Assembly: GCA_943788755.1 (NCBI GenBank)
Contig: CALSRM010000002.1
Coordinates: 91,505-155,504 of the forward strand
DNA from: an uncultured Flavobacteriales bacterium
GTDB lineage: Bacteria > Bacteroidota > Bacteroidia > Flavobacteriales_D > Parvicellaceae
Reading direction: 5' to 3'
Length of the DNA stretch: 64,000 nt
The notes beneath the pieces are model-generated. The model made no database searches. It was not told the origin of the DNA and was given only the letters and a program-made list of their open reading frames with translations. Every line of letters begins with the position of its first letter. The first letter of the stretch is position 1. Made by a program: the position numbers and the translations under genes. Positions 1 through 11,026 of this stretch are shown piece by piece.

Positions 1-686
1 GAGCCAGGTGGACCCGGTGCTGGGTCAGTATCTGATGAAAATTGGGCATCGTAAGGTTGAACAAAACTGAAAACTAACATATCTCCATCTGGATCAATTG
101 CTGAGTTCAAAAGAGTAGTAGTGTCACCAGCGCATAGAAACGGAATGGGGTCATCTGTGAATACGGGTGAGCTGTTTCCTAATAATGGAGGTGAAATATA
201 CGCGTGAAATGACATTGATTCCTGTGGTACTAAATTGACAATTGTTCCATTTCGACAACATCTTTCATAAAAAATATGATATCCGGAAAAATTTAAGGGA
301 ACGTCTATAAATCCTTCATAAACTGCTTTATCGATGCAAGTTCCTGTTCCAATATTACATCCGTTAGGTATGTTTGGGTCTATCCTTTCAACCAGGACTA
401 ATGTCATATTTACACTTCCGAAGAAGTTTTTAATTGATGCTCCTCCCATTGGAGAATTTTGGAGATCATGCTCGTAAACTCCAATGTCAGCAATAGTTTG
501 TTCGGGGCCATCTTCAAAGTTGCTGGGAGGAGCACAATCAGTATATGTGGTTAGCATAATTTTATAGCGATAGTTCACTCCAAATTTTCCTATATATTCA
601 TACCCTAAATTACCTCCAACAAGATGGGTGGCATTACCCTTCAATGAGAAAAAGATAAGAGAAATTATGATAAGAAAATATCTCAT
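1..686 (-). CDS. secreted surface protein, N-terminal part (gene runs off the window start); gliding-motility/T9SS-cargo-like
   Basis: Not in ORF track. Reverse-strand ATG at 686 reads MRYFLIIISLIFFSLKGNATHLVGGNLGYEYIG...DPDGDMLVFSF... and I checked it is open to position 1. It has a signal peptide plus a THxVGG start and a DPDGD motif. Its ATG overlaps the stop of the upstream gene (TAATG). Confidence 0.6.
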   Translation of the reverse strand, partial: MRYFLIIISLIFFSLKGNATHLVGGNLGYEYIGKFGVNYRYKIMLTTYTDCAPPSNFEDGPEQTIADIGVYEHDLQNSPMGGASIKNFFGSVNMTLVLVERIDPNIPNGCNIGTGTCIDKAVYEGFIDVPLNFSGYHIFYERCCRNGTIVNLVPQESMSFHAYISPPLLGNSSPVFTDDPIPFLCAGDTTTLLNSAIDPDGDMLVFSFVQPYDAQFSSDTDPAPGPPG

Positions 687-2950
687 TAGTGAATAATAAT
701 CTTTTTTGTGATTTGACTGCCAGATTCAGTTTGAATAAGAACGAGGTAAGCACCATTTGGTAATTCTGCAATATCCATGGCTAAATGCTTCCTATTAATA
801 TTTGATTGCATGCTAACTTTTTCCCCAATTAAACTATATATAGAAATATTCTTAATTGGCTGATTTGAAGACTCTATATAAAACTTTTCATTTGCTGGAT
901 TTGGATGTATCTTGAATGCGTCACTAATGTGCTCTTCACTTCCTGTGGGGATGAACCTTACCGCATAATCTTCAGCTTGTCCTCTATTACAATTACTGCA
1001 ACCTGTAATTGTACTCCCAACTTCGTCGGATGAAATCCGCATTCGTAACCATACATTATTCGCAATACCTAAGGTTGGAATCGTTATATTTAATTGTGGA
1101 TCGTAAGTGCTAAGCGCTTCCATGACAAGTTCAGTTGAGTTGTCAAACATTCCATCGTTGTTGTAGTCAATCCAAGCTTTGGTATCTTGAGGGTTATCTG
1201 GACCAGTTCTCACACTCAGTAAATAAGAATTTCCTGGTGTTAAATCAGTTTGATTTTGGCAAGAAAAATCTTGATATCCTTCAATAGCGTTTACAGAGGA
1301 ATTATTAATGGTGTTTAGCTGCACGGAATAGATTCCATATTCACAGCAATATGCTAAAGTTTGCGGATTACACACTGCTGTAGTTAATTCATTGGCCGTA
1401 ATCACTTCAATATAAGCAGACTTTGTCAGGAAGCTGTTACCAAAACTATTTGTGGCAATCAATTCCACATTATAAATTCCATCTGTAGTGTATGTATGTG
1501 TTGGATTTTGTTGCACAGAAGTGTTCCCGTCTCCAAAATCCCATGCCCATGCAAAAGGTATGTTAGTGGATAAATCAGAAAAATTAACAACACCATCGCA
1601 AGTAAGGACTACGTTGGAAGTAAAATCTACTGCTGGAGGAGAAACATCTTGTTCTATAATAATTGTATAATCTTCAGCTTGTCCATAACCCGGATCATCA
1701 CAAGGATTGGGGTCGGCGTTTAAATCATAATCTGCAATTACACGCAAACGCAAAGGGGTGTTTAATGTTGCATTTGAGGGAATTGTTACCACTCCAGATG
1801 TTCCAAGAGAACTTGAACTTGAAACAATCAATTCGCTTGTTGGGTTAAATACCCCATCATTATTATAATCAATCCATGCTGCACAATTATGGGTGGTTGG
1901 AGATGCATGTTCAATTGAAATATCATAAGATTGACCAGCAAATACTGTTGTCTGGCTACATGTTAAATCTGTATAGCCTTCAATGGAACTTCCAGAATTT
2001 ATGTTTAATGTGTTAAATGTAACGTTTGTAATTCCAAATCCTAAGGAACCATCTGTTGTATTAGGAGTACATGTAGCCGCTATTGGCGTAGCTCCAGATA
2101 CGTTAACTATTATGTAGTTTGCTTTTGTTTCACTGTCACTACCAAATGCATTGGTTGTAGTTAAGCTTACAGTGTAAGTTCCATTTGCTAGATAAGTATG
2201 CGTTGGATTTTCCAAAGTGCTCGTGCCTCCATCACCAAAATCCCAAGACCAAGTTGTTGGCGAGTTCGTTGATTGATCAAAAAACTGAATATCCCCCGAA
2301 CAGGTGTTTGTTGAACTAGCAGAAAAGTCGCACAGCGGGGGTGCATTGGGAGTCTCCCACTGTAACTGTATATTAGGCCTGTCAAAAAAGGATTCGAAAG
2401 CAGTTGCAGAGCTACATACTCCACTGGCATCTTGGAAAAGAACCGAGGTGCTTTCAAAGCTTGTTGAAGACATGAACATAACGGCATTTCCGGTAAAGGT
2501 GCTATTATTAAAGCAAGTTTCGATTAATAAATTAGATGTTCCATCCCAATAAAAAGGAGAGCTAAAGTTATGTATATTCCAACCAGAACTTTCTGTGTAG
2601 GTTTGTGGTCCATAAATTGTTGTTAGCCCAGTTTCAAAGGTAGGTGTAACCGTTAAGCTTGGTGTGTTTTTTATTTTTATTGTAAAATCGGTCAGGGGAA
2701 TTCCTTCATTTGTTGCTACGTTAAAAGCTAAGCTGCTGATCTCTCCAGCTGTCATTCCTTGCGCACCTAGTTCGCTAGCTAAGATGAGCATTTGATGTTT
2801 AGCACCAAAATACCAATTACCATAAGGAGCCGGATACCCTGTATTTGTATTTGTAGAAGAGCTGGAACCTATAGTTATAGTAGTTTGCGAAAGTCCAGAA
2901 AACGAAAATAACAAGATAAAAAATGTTAAGTTTCTAAAGAGAGTTTTCAT
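686..2950 (-). CDS. T9SS-sorted secreted protein with two PKD + GEVED-like module pairs
   Basis: Signal peptide (MKTLFRNLTFFILLFSFSGLSQ). Two PKD signatures (WSWDFGDGGTS, WAWDFGDGNTS). Two domains end in GQAEDY. The C-terminus (HPNPANEKFYIES...GAYLVLIQT) is typical of a T9SS sorting domain. Confidence 0.85.
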   Translation of the reverse strand: MKTLFRNLTFFILLFSFSGLSQTTITIGSSSSTNTNTGYPAPYGNWYFGAKHQMLILASELGAQGMTAGEISSLAFNVATNEGIPLTDFTIKIKNTPSLTVTPTFETGLTTIYGPQTYTESSGWNIHNFSSPFYWDGTSNLLIETCFNNSTFTGNAVMFMSSTSFESTSVLFQDASGVCSSATAFESFFDRPNIQLQWETPNAPPLCDFSASSTNTCSGDIQFFDQSTNSPTTWSWDFGDGGTSTLENPTHTYLANGTYTVSLTTTNAFGSDSETKANYIIVNVSGATPIAATCTPNTTDGSLGFGITNVTFNTLNINSGSSIEGYTDLTCSQTTVFAGQSYDISIEHASPTTHNCAAWIDYNNDGVFNPTSELIVSSSSSLGTSGVVTIPSNATLNTPLRLRVIADYDLNADPNPCDDPGYGQAEDYTIIIEQDVSPPAVDFTSNVVLTCDGVVNFSDLSTNIPFAWAWDFGDGNTSVQQNPTHTYTTDGIYNVELIATNSFGNSFLTKSAYIEVITANELTTAVCNPQTLAYCCEYGIYSVQLNTINNSSVNAIEGYQDFSCQNQTDLTPGNSYLLSVRTGPDNPQDTKAWIDYNNDGMFDNSTELVMEALSTYDPQLNITIPTLGIANNVWLRMRISSDEVGSTITGCSNCNRGQAEDYAVRFIPTGSEEHISDAFKIHPNPANEKFYIESSNQPIKNISIYSLIGEKVSMQSNINRKHLAMDIAELPNGAYLVLIQTESGSQITKKIIIH

Positions 2951-3083
2951 GGGTTCAGAAAGGTTAATATCATAATAGACTGCTTTATTATGAATAAGGT
3001 TGTTTAACCAAATAAGTTAAGACAATAAATATAGCTATAATTGACTGTAAAAATTCACGAAATACGGGAAAATTAGGATATGG

Positions 3084-3734
3084 CTACTTAAAAAGAGTTT
3101 TCTGCAGTTCTAAAAGAGGTTTCGGTAGTACTTTGTGCCCTCCATTATATCTAGAGAGGTTAAATTGAATTTCTTTTTGTTTAATTTCTACCAGGTATTG
3201 CCTAATAATTTCCTCAGAGAATAGTTCATCAGAATTTCCAATTAAAAAGTGCAATGGAAACTTATTGAATCTTTCTATGTTTTCAAGATAGTCAATATCT
3301 ATTGGGAATGAACCAGCCCAAAGAATAAGATTGGTTGGTATAGTCTTGCCCAAAGCTGCCCAGCGACTGGCAGTACTAGCACCTTGAGAAAAGCCTAAAA
3401 TGTTAATATTGACTGTCATTAATTCATGTTGCACTTCATTTGCCACTTTGTCCAAATAGTGAACGTAATCATCAATGTCTGAATTTCTTTCCTCTTTCGT
3501 CATCCATGAGGCTACAACGTTTCCAGAAAATCCATTCCAATAAAACCTACTCAATCCTTCAGGGGCGACAATGAGTGTATTTTCATTAAGTATAGGTTCA
3601 AACCATTTGATAAAATACTTTGCTAATTGCCCATATCCATGGCAAACAAACCAAACATCAGTTATTTTATCACTTGGAGTTCCTAAAACAAAATAACGTG
3701 CGGTTTTCTCTATTTTAATATCTACTTGTTTCAT
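3084..3734 (-). CDS. alpha/beta hydrolase (esterase/carboxylesterase-like)
   Basis: GFSQGAS nucleophile-elbow motif (GxSxG). About 216 aa. ATGA overlap with the glpD stop suggests co-transcription with glpK-glpD. Confidence 0.7.
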   Translation of the reverse strand: MKQVDIKIEKTARYFVLGTPSDKITDVWFVCHGYGQLAKYFIKWFEPILNENTLIVAPEGLSRFYWNGFSGNVVASWMTKEERNSDIDDYVHYLDKVANEVQHELMTVNINILGFSQGASTASRWAALGKTIPTNLILWAGSFPIDIDYLENIERFNKFPLHFLIGNSDELFSEEIIRQYLVEIKQKEIQFNLSRYNGGHKVLPKPLLELQKTLFK

Positions 3735-5365
3735 CCGAAAGTTGTTACAGATGTTAAATAGTTTTCTAAATCTTTCAGAGCTGATTTTTCTGCTAATTTA
3801 TCCCAGTTTAGATAATCTACGAATTGCGGAAGTGTAATTTTCGCTTCTTCCAAGACCATAAGTGGTTCGAAATTTATTTTACCTGTTCTTCGTAAAAAGA
3901 AGTCTATTAATGTTATTGTAGAATCGTAGCGTAAAGAAAACCAAACCTCAGCTTCAACCAAAACATTGAATGTTTCATTTTCAAATATTTCTAGAATTGA
4001 ATTAGTTTGTTTTCCATATGTTCTTACAAGGTATTCTGCTTTTTTTTCAGCTAGTTTCAACGATTTTAATCTTGATTTTATGGATAAAATAAAACTGTCA
4101 ACTAAGTCAGGTGTGTCAAACTCTCCTCCAGAAATTTTAATATCTTGGGTTGTACACTTATGATTAATGTTTAATTGTTTGCCAATTAAATCAACTACTT
4201 TTTTAGCCATTAATCTATAGCCTGTTAATTTACCGCCAGCTATGGTTATTAGACCTGAATTAGAGATTAATAGTTCATCTTTTCTTGATAGTTCAGAAAT
4301 GTTTTTTCCATCTTCATGAATTAAAGGCCTGATGCCTGACCACGAGGACAATATGTCTATGATTTTAAGTTCTGCAGCAGGAAACATTTTGTTCGCAGCA
4401 TCAATTAAATATTGCACGTCTTCTCTGGTTGCTTTGGGACTGTTCTTGTTTTCTGAAAATTTTGTATCTGTTGTTCCTATATATGTAATTTCCTGTCTTG
4501 GTATAGCGAAAATCATTCTTCCCCCCTCTACATCAAAATAGATGCTATTGTTAATTGGTAGTTTATCTCGATTTACAACAATATGCACTCCTTTAGTAAG
4601 AAACAACTTTTTTTCTGATAATGATTTGTCTTTTTCTCTTAATTCATCAACCCAAGGGCCAGTAGCGTTGATTATTTTTTTTGCTTTTATTGAAAACGGA
4701 GTTTTCGTTATGGTGTCCGTGCACTTTACGCCTCTAATTTTTTTATTTTCATATACAAGTTCAGTTGCGGCTGCGTAATTAATTGCAGTTCCTTTTAATT
4801 GAACTGCTGTTTTAATTATTTCTAGAGTTAGCCGAGCGTCATCCGTTCTGTATTCAGCATAATACCCTGCACCTTTTAAGTTGTCATGTCTTAATGTTGG
4901 TTCTATTTTAAGTGTTTTTTCTTTTGAAAGAATTTTTCTTCTGTCTTCACCAGTTACACCTGCTAGTTTATCATATAGCCAAAGGCCAAAACCAGTTCCG
5001 GTTTTACCAAATGACCCACCTTCAACTAAAGGGAGTAGCATTTTTTCTGGTACTACGATGTGTGGAGCTATGTTGTAGACTACAGCTCTTTCCTTACCGA
5101 CTTCCCGAACTAATTTAAATTCAAAGTTTTTTAAATAGCGCAATCCGCCGTGGATTAATTTTGTTGATCGACTACTCGTCCCTGAAGCATAGTCCTCTTT
5201 TTCAATTAACGCAGCTGAAAGTCCTCGTGAAGCAGCATCTAAAAGGATTCCAGCTCCTGTAATACCTCCTCCAATTATAAGTACGTCAAATTCTTTGGAT
5301 GCTAACAGAGTTTTAACTTCTTCTCTTTTTTGAGCGTTAAATAAGTAGTGTTTTAGTCCTTTCAT
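3731..5365 (-). CDS. glpD: FAD-dependent glycerol-3-phosphate dehydrogenase
   Basis: DVLIIGGGITGAGILLDAASRGL dinucleotide-binding motif and GlpD-like length. I prefer the ATG at 5365 (MKGLKHY...), which forms an ATGA overlap with the glpK stop, over the track start at 5404. Confidence 0.9.
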   Translation of the reverse strand: MKGLKHYLFNAQKREEVKTLLASKEFDVLIIGGGITGAGILLDAASRGLSAALIEKEDYASGTSSRSTKLIHGGLRYLKNFEFKLVREVGKERAVVYNIAPHIVVPEKMLLPLVEGGSFGKTGTGFGLWLYDKLAGVTGEDRRKILSKEKTLKIEPTLRHDNLKGAGYYAEYRTDDARLTLEIIKTAVQLKGTAINYAAATELVYENKKIRGVKCTDTITKTPFSIKAKKIINATGPWVDELREKDKSLSEKKLFLTKGVHIVVNRDKLPINNSIYFDVEGGRMIFAIPRQEITYIGTTDTKFSENKNSPKATREDVQYLIDAANKMFPAAELKIIDILSSWSGIRPLIHEDGKNISELSRKDELLISNSGLITIAGGKLTGYRLMAKKVVDLIGKQLNINHKCTTQDIKISGGEFDTPDLVDSFILSIKSRLKSLKLAEKKAEYLVRTYGKQTNSILEIFENETFNVLVEAEVWFSLRYDSTITLIDFFLRRTGKINFEPLMVLEEAKITLPQFVDYLNWDKLAEKSALKDLENYLTSVTTFG

Positions 5366-6873
5366 TTTGTCCAGTTCATTGACCTTTTGACTGCTTCTGC
5401 CCATAATAAATATTTCTTGTCAGCAATCGTTTGTTCCATGCTTGGTTTGAAAACCTGGTTAATGGATTTCATTTTTTTTAAGTCTTCTTTCTTCCAAAAT
5501 CCAGTATGCAACCCAGCCATATATGCAGCGCCTAAAGCAGTAGATTCAATAATGTCAGGTCTGTTAACAGGTGTGTTTAATATGTCTGATTGAAACTGCA
5601 TTAAATAGTTGTTTGCACTAGCACCCCCATCTACGTTAAGGGATTGAAGGCGTATTCCTGAATCTTCTTCCATTGCCTCCAGCACATCCTTGGTTTGAAA
5701 TGCTAAAGATTCAAGCGTTGCTCTAGAAATTTCCGATATACCCGTATCGCGTGTAAGTCCAAAGATAGCCCCTCGAGCATACATGTCCCAGTAAGGAGCT
5801 CCTAATCCTGCGAATGCAGGAACAACAATTACTTCATCTTCGTTAGCTTCTTTTGCTAATTGCTCCGTTTCATTAGAGTCAGTTATTATTTTTAGGCCAT
5901 CTCTTAGCCATTGAATAGCAGCTCCAGCAATAAATATGCTGCCTTCTAAAGCATATTCAATATTGTCATCAATTCCCCAAGCAACAGTAGTCAGTAGTCC
6001 GTTATTGCTTTCAATTCTTTTACTTCCCGTATTTAATAACATGAAACATCCTGTTCCATAGGTGTTTTTAGCTTCCCCTGGTTCAAAACAACATTGTCCG
6101 AATAATGCAGCTTGTTGATCGCCAATTGCTCCTCTAATTGGTATTTTCACCCCTTTGTATTCATAAAAACCAAAGTCATCAGAACTGTTTTTAATAGAAG
6201 GGAGAATTGATTCTGGGATGTCTAGAATTTTAAGTGACTTCTTGTCCCATGTTAAGTTGTTAATGTCAAACAGCAGCGTTCTTGATGCATTAGAATAATC
6301 AGTTGCATGAATTTCTCCTTTTGTTAGGTTCCAAATTAACCAAGTCTCAACTGTTCCAAAAAGTAATTTATTGTCTTTAGCTAACTTTTTAGCACCTTTA
6401 ACATTATTGAGTATCCAGTTGATTTTAGTTCCTGAAAAATAGGAGTCAATAACGAGTCCAGAAGATTTTTTAAAGTGTTCTTCATGCCCTTCTGATTTTA
6501 ATTGCGAACATAAATTGGAGGTTCTTTTGTCTTGCCAAACAATGGCATTGCAAATTGGTTCTCCTGTTGTTTTATTCCAAATAACGGTTGTTTCTCTTTG
6601 GTTTGTAATTCCTACAGAATCAATTTCGGAAGGAGAGACTGAATTGTTTACTAAAAGATTGTGAAACACTAAAGTTTGGGATTCAATAATTTCTTTACAA
6701 TTATGTTCTACCCAACCTGGTTTTGGAAATAGTTGTTCAAATTCTTGTTGCTCAATAGCAATAATTTGCCCCGCTTTATTGAATAAAACAGCCCTTGAGC
6801 TTGAAGTTCCTTGATCTAATGCAACTATGTATTGATTTTCCACGTAAGTTTTTGATAGAGTAAAATTAAGCAT
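5362..6873 (-). CDS. glpK: glycerol kinase
   Basis: ALDQGTSSSRAVLF, GITNQRETTV and FGTVETWLIWNLT are classic FGGY/GlpK motifs. 503 aa. Confidence 0.95.
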   Translation of the reverse strand: MLNFTLSKTYVENQYIVALDQGTSSSRAVLFNKAGQIIAIEQQEFEQLFPKPGWVEHNCKEIIESQTLVFHNLLVNNSVSPSEIDSVGITNQRETTVIWNKTTGEPICNAIVWQDKRTSNLCSQLKSEGHEEHFKKSSGLVIDSYFSGTKINWILNNVKGAKKLAKDNKLLFGTVETWLIWNLTKGEIHATDYSNASRTLLFDINNLTWDKKSLKILDIPESILPSIKNSSDDFGFYEYKGVKIPIRGAIGDQQAALFGQCCFEPGEAKNTYGTGCFMLLNTGSKRIESNNGLLTTVAWGIDDNIEYALEGSIFIAGAAIQWLRDGLKIITDSNETEQLAKEANEDEVIVVPAFAGLGAPYWDMYARGAIFGLTRDTGISEISRATLESLAFQTKDVLEAMEEDSGIRLQSLNVDGGASANNYLMQFQSDILNTPVNRPDIIESTALGAAYMAGLHTGFWKKEDLKKMKSINQVFKPSMEQTIADKKYLLWAEAVKRSMNWTK

Positions 6874-7218
6874 TAGTATCGTAAGTAGATGGATTTAAAT
6901 AAAAAGGGTTAAACTATTGTAACGAATAACCCAATCCTAATAGAAAAAAGTGACAATATCATAAGGTGTTTGCCCTATAAATAGTGTGCAAGCTATAAAA
7001 CTAGAGGTTGTGTTTTAATTTTATGGTGGAGGAACTTTTATAATAAAAACCTTTTAAAGCTCTCAATCCGCTGTTTAGACGATTGATAATGAATTGGTGA
7101 AAGCTAGATTCTATTATACTAGGGCTTAGAGAATAAATAACTCATGTTTTTCTAATACGGTAAATACTTTATTTAATAATTATAACAAACTAATAGCTAT
7201 CAAATAAAACATGATTTT

Positions 7219-7226
7219 TACCTTTG
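7219..7226 (+). promoter_or_regulatory. candidate Bacteroidota -7 promoter box (TAccTTTG) for hemE
   Basis: Exact match to TAnnTTTG, ending 6 nt before the hemE ATG at 7233, which implies a very short or absent leader. No good -33 TTTG was seen. Confidence 0.3.
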
Positions 7227-7232
7227 TCCACT

Positions 7233-8261
7233 ATGGGATATGAAAATGACTTGATTTTAAGAGCAGCAAGAGGTGAAACAGTAGAACGAACACCTGTCTG
7301 GATTATGCGACAAGCAGGTAGGATTTTACCTGAATATAGGGCAATTCGACAAAGCTTGAGCGGGTTTAAAGAATTGGTAGAAACACCAGAATTAGCTGCG
7401 GAAGTCACAATTCAACCAGTAGATATTTTGGGAGTGGATGCAGCAATTATCTTTTCAGATATTCTAGTTGTCCCTGAAGCAATGGGGTTAGAATATCAAA
7501 TGATTGAAAATAAAGGACCTTATTTTGAAAAAACAATTCAGACTCTAGCGGATTTAGAAAAAATTAATGTTCCAGATGTTGATGATACACTTCATTATGT
7601 AATGGAAGCGATAAAAGTCACGAAAAAGGAATTAAATAATAGGGTTCCGCTTATTGGTTTTGCTGGTGCTCCATGGACAATATTTTCCTATATGATTGAA
7701 GGGCAAGGTTCCAAAACTTTCAGCAAGGCAAAAAAAATGCTTTATACGAATAAGCAGCTTTCCCATCAACTGTTAGAAAAGATTGCGCAAACAACAATTA
7801 AGTACTTAAAGGCGCAGATTAAAGCGGGGGCAGATATTGTTCAAATTTTTGATTCGTGGGCTGGGATACTTAGCTACGAGCAGTATTTGGAGTTTGGAAT
7901 GAAATATGTAAGTATGATTTGCAACGCAATAAATGAAGTGCCAGTTACTGTTTTTGCTAAAGGGGCATATTTCGCAAGAAAAGAAATGGGTGAGCTGAAT
8001 TGTAATACAATAGGATTGGACTGGAACATGGACATTCAGAAGAGTAGAGAGTTGATTGGAAAAGATAAAACGTTGCAAGGCAATTTGGATCCTTGCATGC
8101 TTTATTCTGATTTTGATACAATTAAGTTGGAAACAAGTAAAATGCTTAGTAGTTTTGGTCCCAATCGTCATATCGCTAATTTAGGTCATGGAGTTTATCC
8201 AGATATGCATCCTGATAAAGTACGATGCTTTGTTGATACAGTAAAAGAATATAAAAGCTAA
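7233..8261 (+). CDS. hemE: uroporphyrinogen decarboxylase
   Basis: [16 protein letters not shown] motif near the N-terminus. The track start at 7224 is a TTG. The ATG at 7233 ([15 protein letters not shown]) fits HemE N-termini. Confidence 0.93.
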   Translation: MGYENDLILRAARGETVERTPVWIMRQAGRILPEYRAIRQSLSGFKELVETPELAAEVTIQPVDILGVDAAIIFSDILVVPEAMGLEYQMIENKGPYFEKTIQTLADLEKINVPDVDDTLHYVMEAIKVTKKELNNRVPLIGFAGAPWTIFSYMIEGQGSKTFSKAKKMLYTNKQLSHQLLEKIAQTTIKYLKAQIKAGADIVQIFDSWAGILSYEQYLEFGMKYVSMICNAINEVPVTVFAKGAYFARKEMGELNCNTIGLDWNMDIQKSRELIGKDKTLQGNLDPCMLYSDFDTIKLETSKMLSSFGPNRHIANLGHGVYPDMHPDKVRCFVDTVKEYKS

Positions 8262-8265
8262 AAAT

Positions 8266-9450
8266 ATGAAAAAGTTGGTATTTTTTGGATTGCTTGTAAT
8301 GTTTGCAATTAATAAATTTGCTCAAGATGATGATAATCTGGTGACAAACCCAAGCTTTGAAAGCACGGGTAAGGGGAAGTTGAAAAAATTGAAACAAATT
8401 ACTGTGGCAGAAAATTGGGAGTCACCAACAGATTTGAATGCTGATTTATTTGATAAAACGAGAGCGCAACCTTGTTCAGCACCAAACAATATTTATGGTA
8501 AAGAATTTCCAATGGATGGGAATAGATATGCGGGGATAGTTGCTTACAGTTATAATAATAAAGAGCCTCGTACTTACATTCAAACTCATTTATTGGGGTC
8601 GCTGACAAAAGACGTTGAGTATTGCGTTAAGTACTATGTAAGTTTGTCTGATCTATCTAAATATGCAGTAAACAATCTTGGAGCATATCTTGGTAAGAAC
8701 CCATTGGAAGAAGAATCAAAAACGGATATTATTTTCGAAAAGGAGAAAGAATTTAATCAAGTTGTGTTGCTTCCTGGAAATAAAGTTTTAAATGCTCGTT
8801 ACAACTGGGAACCTGTTTGTGGAGTTTACAAGGCCTCTGGGAAAGAAAAGTTTTTAGTTATTGGAAATTTCCATAATAATAAGGACACGAAATTTGAAAA
8901 GTTGAAAAAGTTAAAAAACTTTCAAGGAACGCAAATACCGAAAGCATATTATTACATTGATCAGGTTGAAGTGTTTGTTATTGAGGATCCTGCAGATTGT
9001 GACTGTTCAAATCAAATGAAAGCTAAGATTTTGGAATCTATGGTTTACCATAAAGATTTTATTAGTGAGGATGGCTATACGGTAGAAGAGCAAATAAAAT
9101 TGACAACAGTTTATTTTGATATTTTAAGTATTAAAATTGAACGGTTGATGATTAAGGATTTGGATAATTTGGGAACAATAATGAATGGAGACCCAGAATT
9201 TAAATTAGAACTTACTGGACGTACAGATCAAGAAGAACTAGATGCTCAAAAAGCTGATCCAGAAAATAGAAGTATCAAAGAATTAGGAAAGAAGAGAGCA
9301 GAAAAAGTAAAAGCCTATTTAGTCGGAAAAGGTATAGATGAAAGTAGAATTACTATTAAATCTGTGGATGAAGGAGCTTCAAATGCAAAAGGAGTGACGA
9401 GACTTGATAAAGCTAAAAATAGACGAGTTGAAGTTGATTTAGTAAAGTAA
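8266..9450 (+). CDS. OmpA-family outer-membrane/peptidoglycan-associated protein
   Basis: Signal peptide. The C-terminal OmpA-like domain ends ...LDKAKNRRVEVDLVK. Confidence 0.8.
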   Translation: MKKLVFFGLLVMFAINKFAQDDDNLVTNPSFESTGKGKLKKLKQITVAENWESPTDLNADLFDKTRAQPCSAPNNIYGKEFPMDGNRYAGIVAYSYNNKEPRTYIQTHLLGSLTKDVEYCVKYYVSLSDLSKYAVNNLGAYLGKNPLEEESKTDIIFEKEKEFNQVVLLPGNKVLNARYNWEPVCGVYKASGKEKFLVIGNFHNNKDTKFEKLKKLKNFQGTQIPKAYYYIDQVEVFVIEDPADCDCSNQMKAKILESMVYHKDFISEDGYTVEEQIKLTTVYFDILSIKIERLMIKDLDNLGTIMNGDPEFKLELTGRTDQEELDAQKADPENRSIKELGKKRAEKVKAYLVGKGIDESRITIKSVDEGASNAKGVTRLDKAKNRRVEVDLVK

Positions 9451-9470
9451 GAATTCAAATGTTTAAGTTG

Positions 9471-9500
9471 AAACCGTTCAGATTTCTGAACGGTTTTTTT
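9471..9500 (+). terminator. rho-independent terminator
   Basis: 11-bp perfect stem (aaaccgttcag / ctgaacggttt), 4-nt loop, then a T-run. Confidence 0.6.
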
Positions 9501-9543
9501 ATGAATAAAAGTTATATCTTCATCCAATATTAAAAAGAGGAAA

Positions 9544-10983
9544 GTGTCGTTCAGCAAAGGAGATAAAAAAGTAATTAAAGCTTGGGTCATGTATGACTGG
9601 GCTAATTCGGTTTATCCATTGGTAATTACGACCGCTATATTTCCACTGTTTTATAAAAGTAAGGTTGGAAGTGATTCGGTTGTGTTTGGTTATAAATTCG
9701 ATAGTGTAGAAATATACTCTTATGCAATAGCGATATCATTATTAATCGTAAGTGTTTTATCTCCTATATTATCCGGAATTGCAGATTTCTCCGGGAGTAA
9801 GAAAGTGTTTATGCGGCTTTTTAATTATATAGGGGCAGGAGCATGTGTATGCTTGTTTTTTTGGGATTATTACCCCGTTGAGATGGGCCTGTTGTTTTGC
9901 ATGATGGCTAATATAGGTTTTTGGGGAAGTTTGGTTTTTTATAATGCGTATTTGCCAGAAATTGCTATGCCTCATGATCATGATAGGATTAGTGCAAAGG
10001 GGTTTTCTATGGGATATTTTGGTAGCGCTATATTATTAGTTATATGTCTAGTATTAGTAATGGGGTTTAATGTTCCTCCAGAGTATAGTTTTTTACTAGT
10101 AGGCGTTTGGTGGATTGGGTTTGCCCAATTAACTTATAGGAAATTGCCTGGAGATATGTATCAGAAGGATTTTGATGGAACAAAAAGAGAATTACTATCG
10201 AAAGGATTTAAAGAGCTAAAAGGAGTTTGGAAAGAGTTCTCTAAAATAAAAAGATTAAAAAGATATTTACTTTCCTTTTTTGTTTTTAGCATGGCGGTGC
10301 AAACGATTATGACAATGTCTCAATTTTTTGGAACAGAGGCGGTTCAATGGTCTTATGGTTTGGATATTGATTTTCAGAATTTGGAGGAGGATGTTCATGC
10401 GGATATTTTAAAAAATGTGGATATTGCTAAAAACTATGAAGTGGCAAATGGTTTTGACTTATCTAAAGCAACTACAAATGAGTATACTAGAATAACGAAT
10501 GCTCATCCTAGTTCACAAACTAAAATGCAGACTGATATGATTATCTGTATTTTGTTAATTCAATTAATAGCTATTCCCGGAGCAATGTTGTTTGCTTTTC
10601 TTTCTTCTATATTGGGAAACATTAGAGTGTTGGTGATAACTTTGATAATTTGGATATTGATTTGCATCTCTGCTTATATAGTAGAATTTCCAATCGATTT
10701 TTACATTTTGGCAGGAACTGTTGGGCTTGTAATGGGGGGTGTTCAATCGCTGTCACGTTCCACCTATTCTAAATTTTTACCAGAGACAGAGGATCATGCC
10801 TCTTACTTTAGTTTTTACGATGTATTAGAAAAAATTGGGATGACTATCGGAATTGTTAGTTTCGGTTTCTTAACTGGAGAGTTCAATATTAGATACTCTA
10901 TAATGGCTTTAACAGTGTTTTTTGTAATAGGTTTAATCTTATTACTGTTTGTTCCTAAAGAAGAAAAGTTAAAAGAAGTATAG
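9544..10983 (+). CDS. MFS transporter, UMF1/Atg22-like family
   Basis: GTG start. N-terminal KAWVMYDWANSVY motif and multiple TM segments, with a hydrophilic insert of about 70 aa in the central loop. Confidence 0.7.
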   Translation: MSFSKGDKKVIKAWVMYDWANSVYPLVITTAIFPLFYKSKVGSDSVVFGYKFDSVEIYSYAIAISLLIVSVLSPILSGIADFSGSKKVFMRLFNYIGAGACVCLFFWDYYPVEMGLLFCMMANIGFWGSLVFYNAYLPEIAMPHDHDRISAKGFSMGYFGSAILLVICLVLVMGFNVPPEYSFLLVGVWWIGFAQLTYRKLPGDMYQKDFDGTKRELLSKGFKELKGVWKEFSKIKRLKRYLLSFFVFSMAVQTIMTMSQFFGTEAVQWSYGLDIDFQNLEEDVHADILKNVDIAKNYEVANGFDLSKATTNEYTRITNAHPSSQTKMQTDMIICILLIQLIAIPGAMLFAFLSSILGNIRVLVITLIIWILICISAYIVEFPIDFYILAGTVGLVMGGVQSLSRSTYSKFLPETEDHASYFSFYDVLEKIGMTIGIVSFGFLTGEFNIRYSIMALTVFFVIGLILLLFVPKEEKLKEV

Positions 10984-11026
10984 CAGCAATTATTCTATTG
11001 CGTAAATTTGTCCAAAATTTTATTAC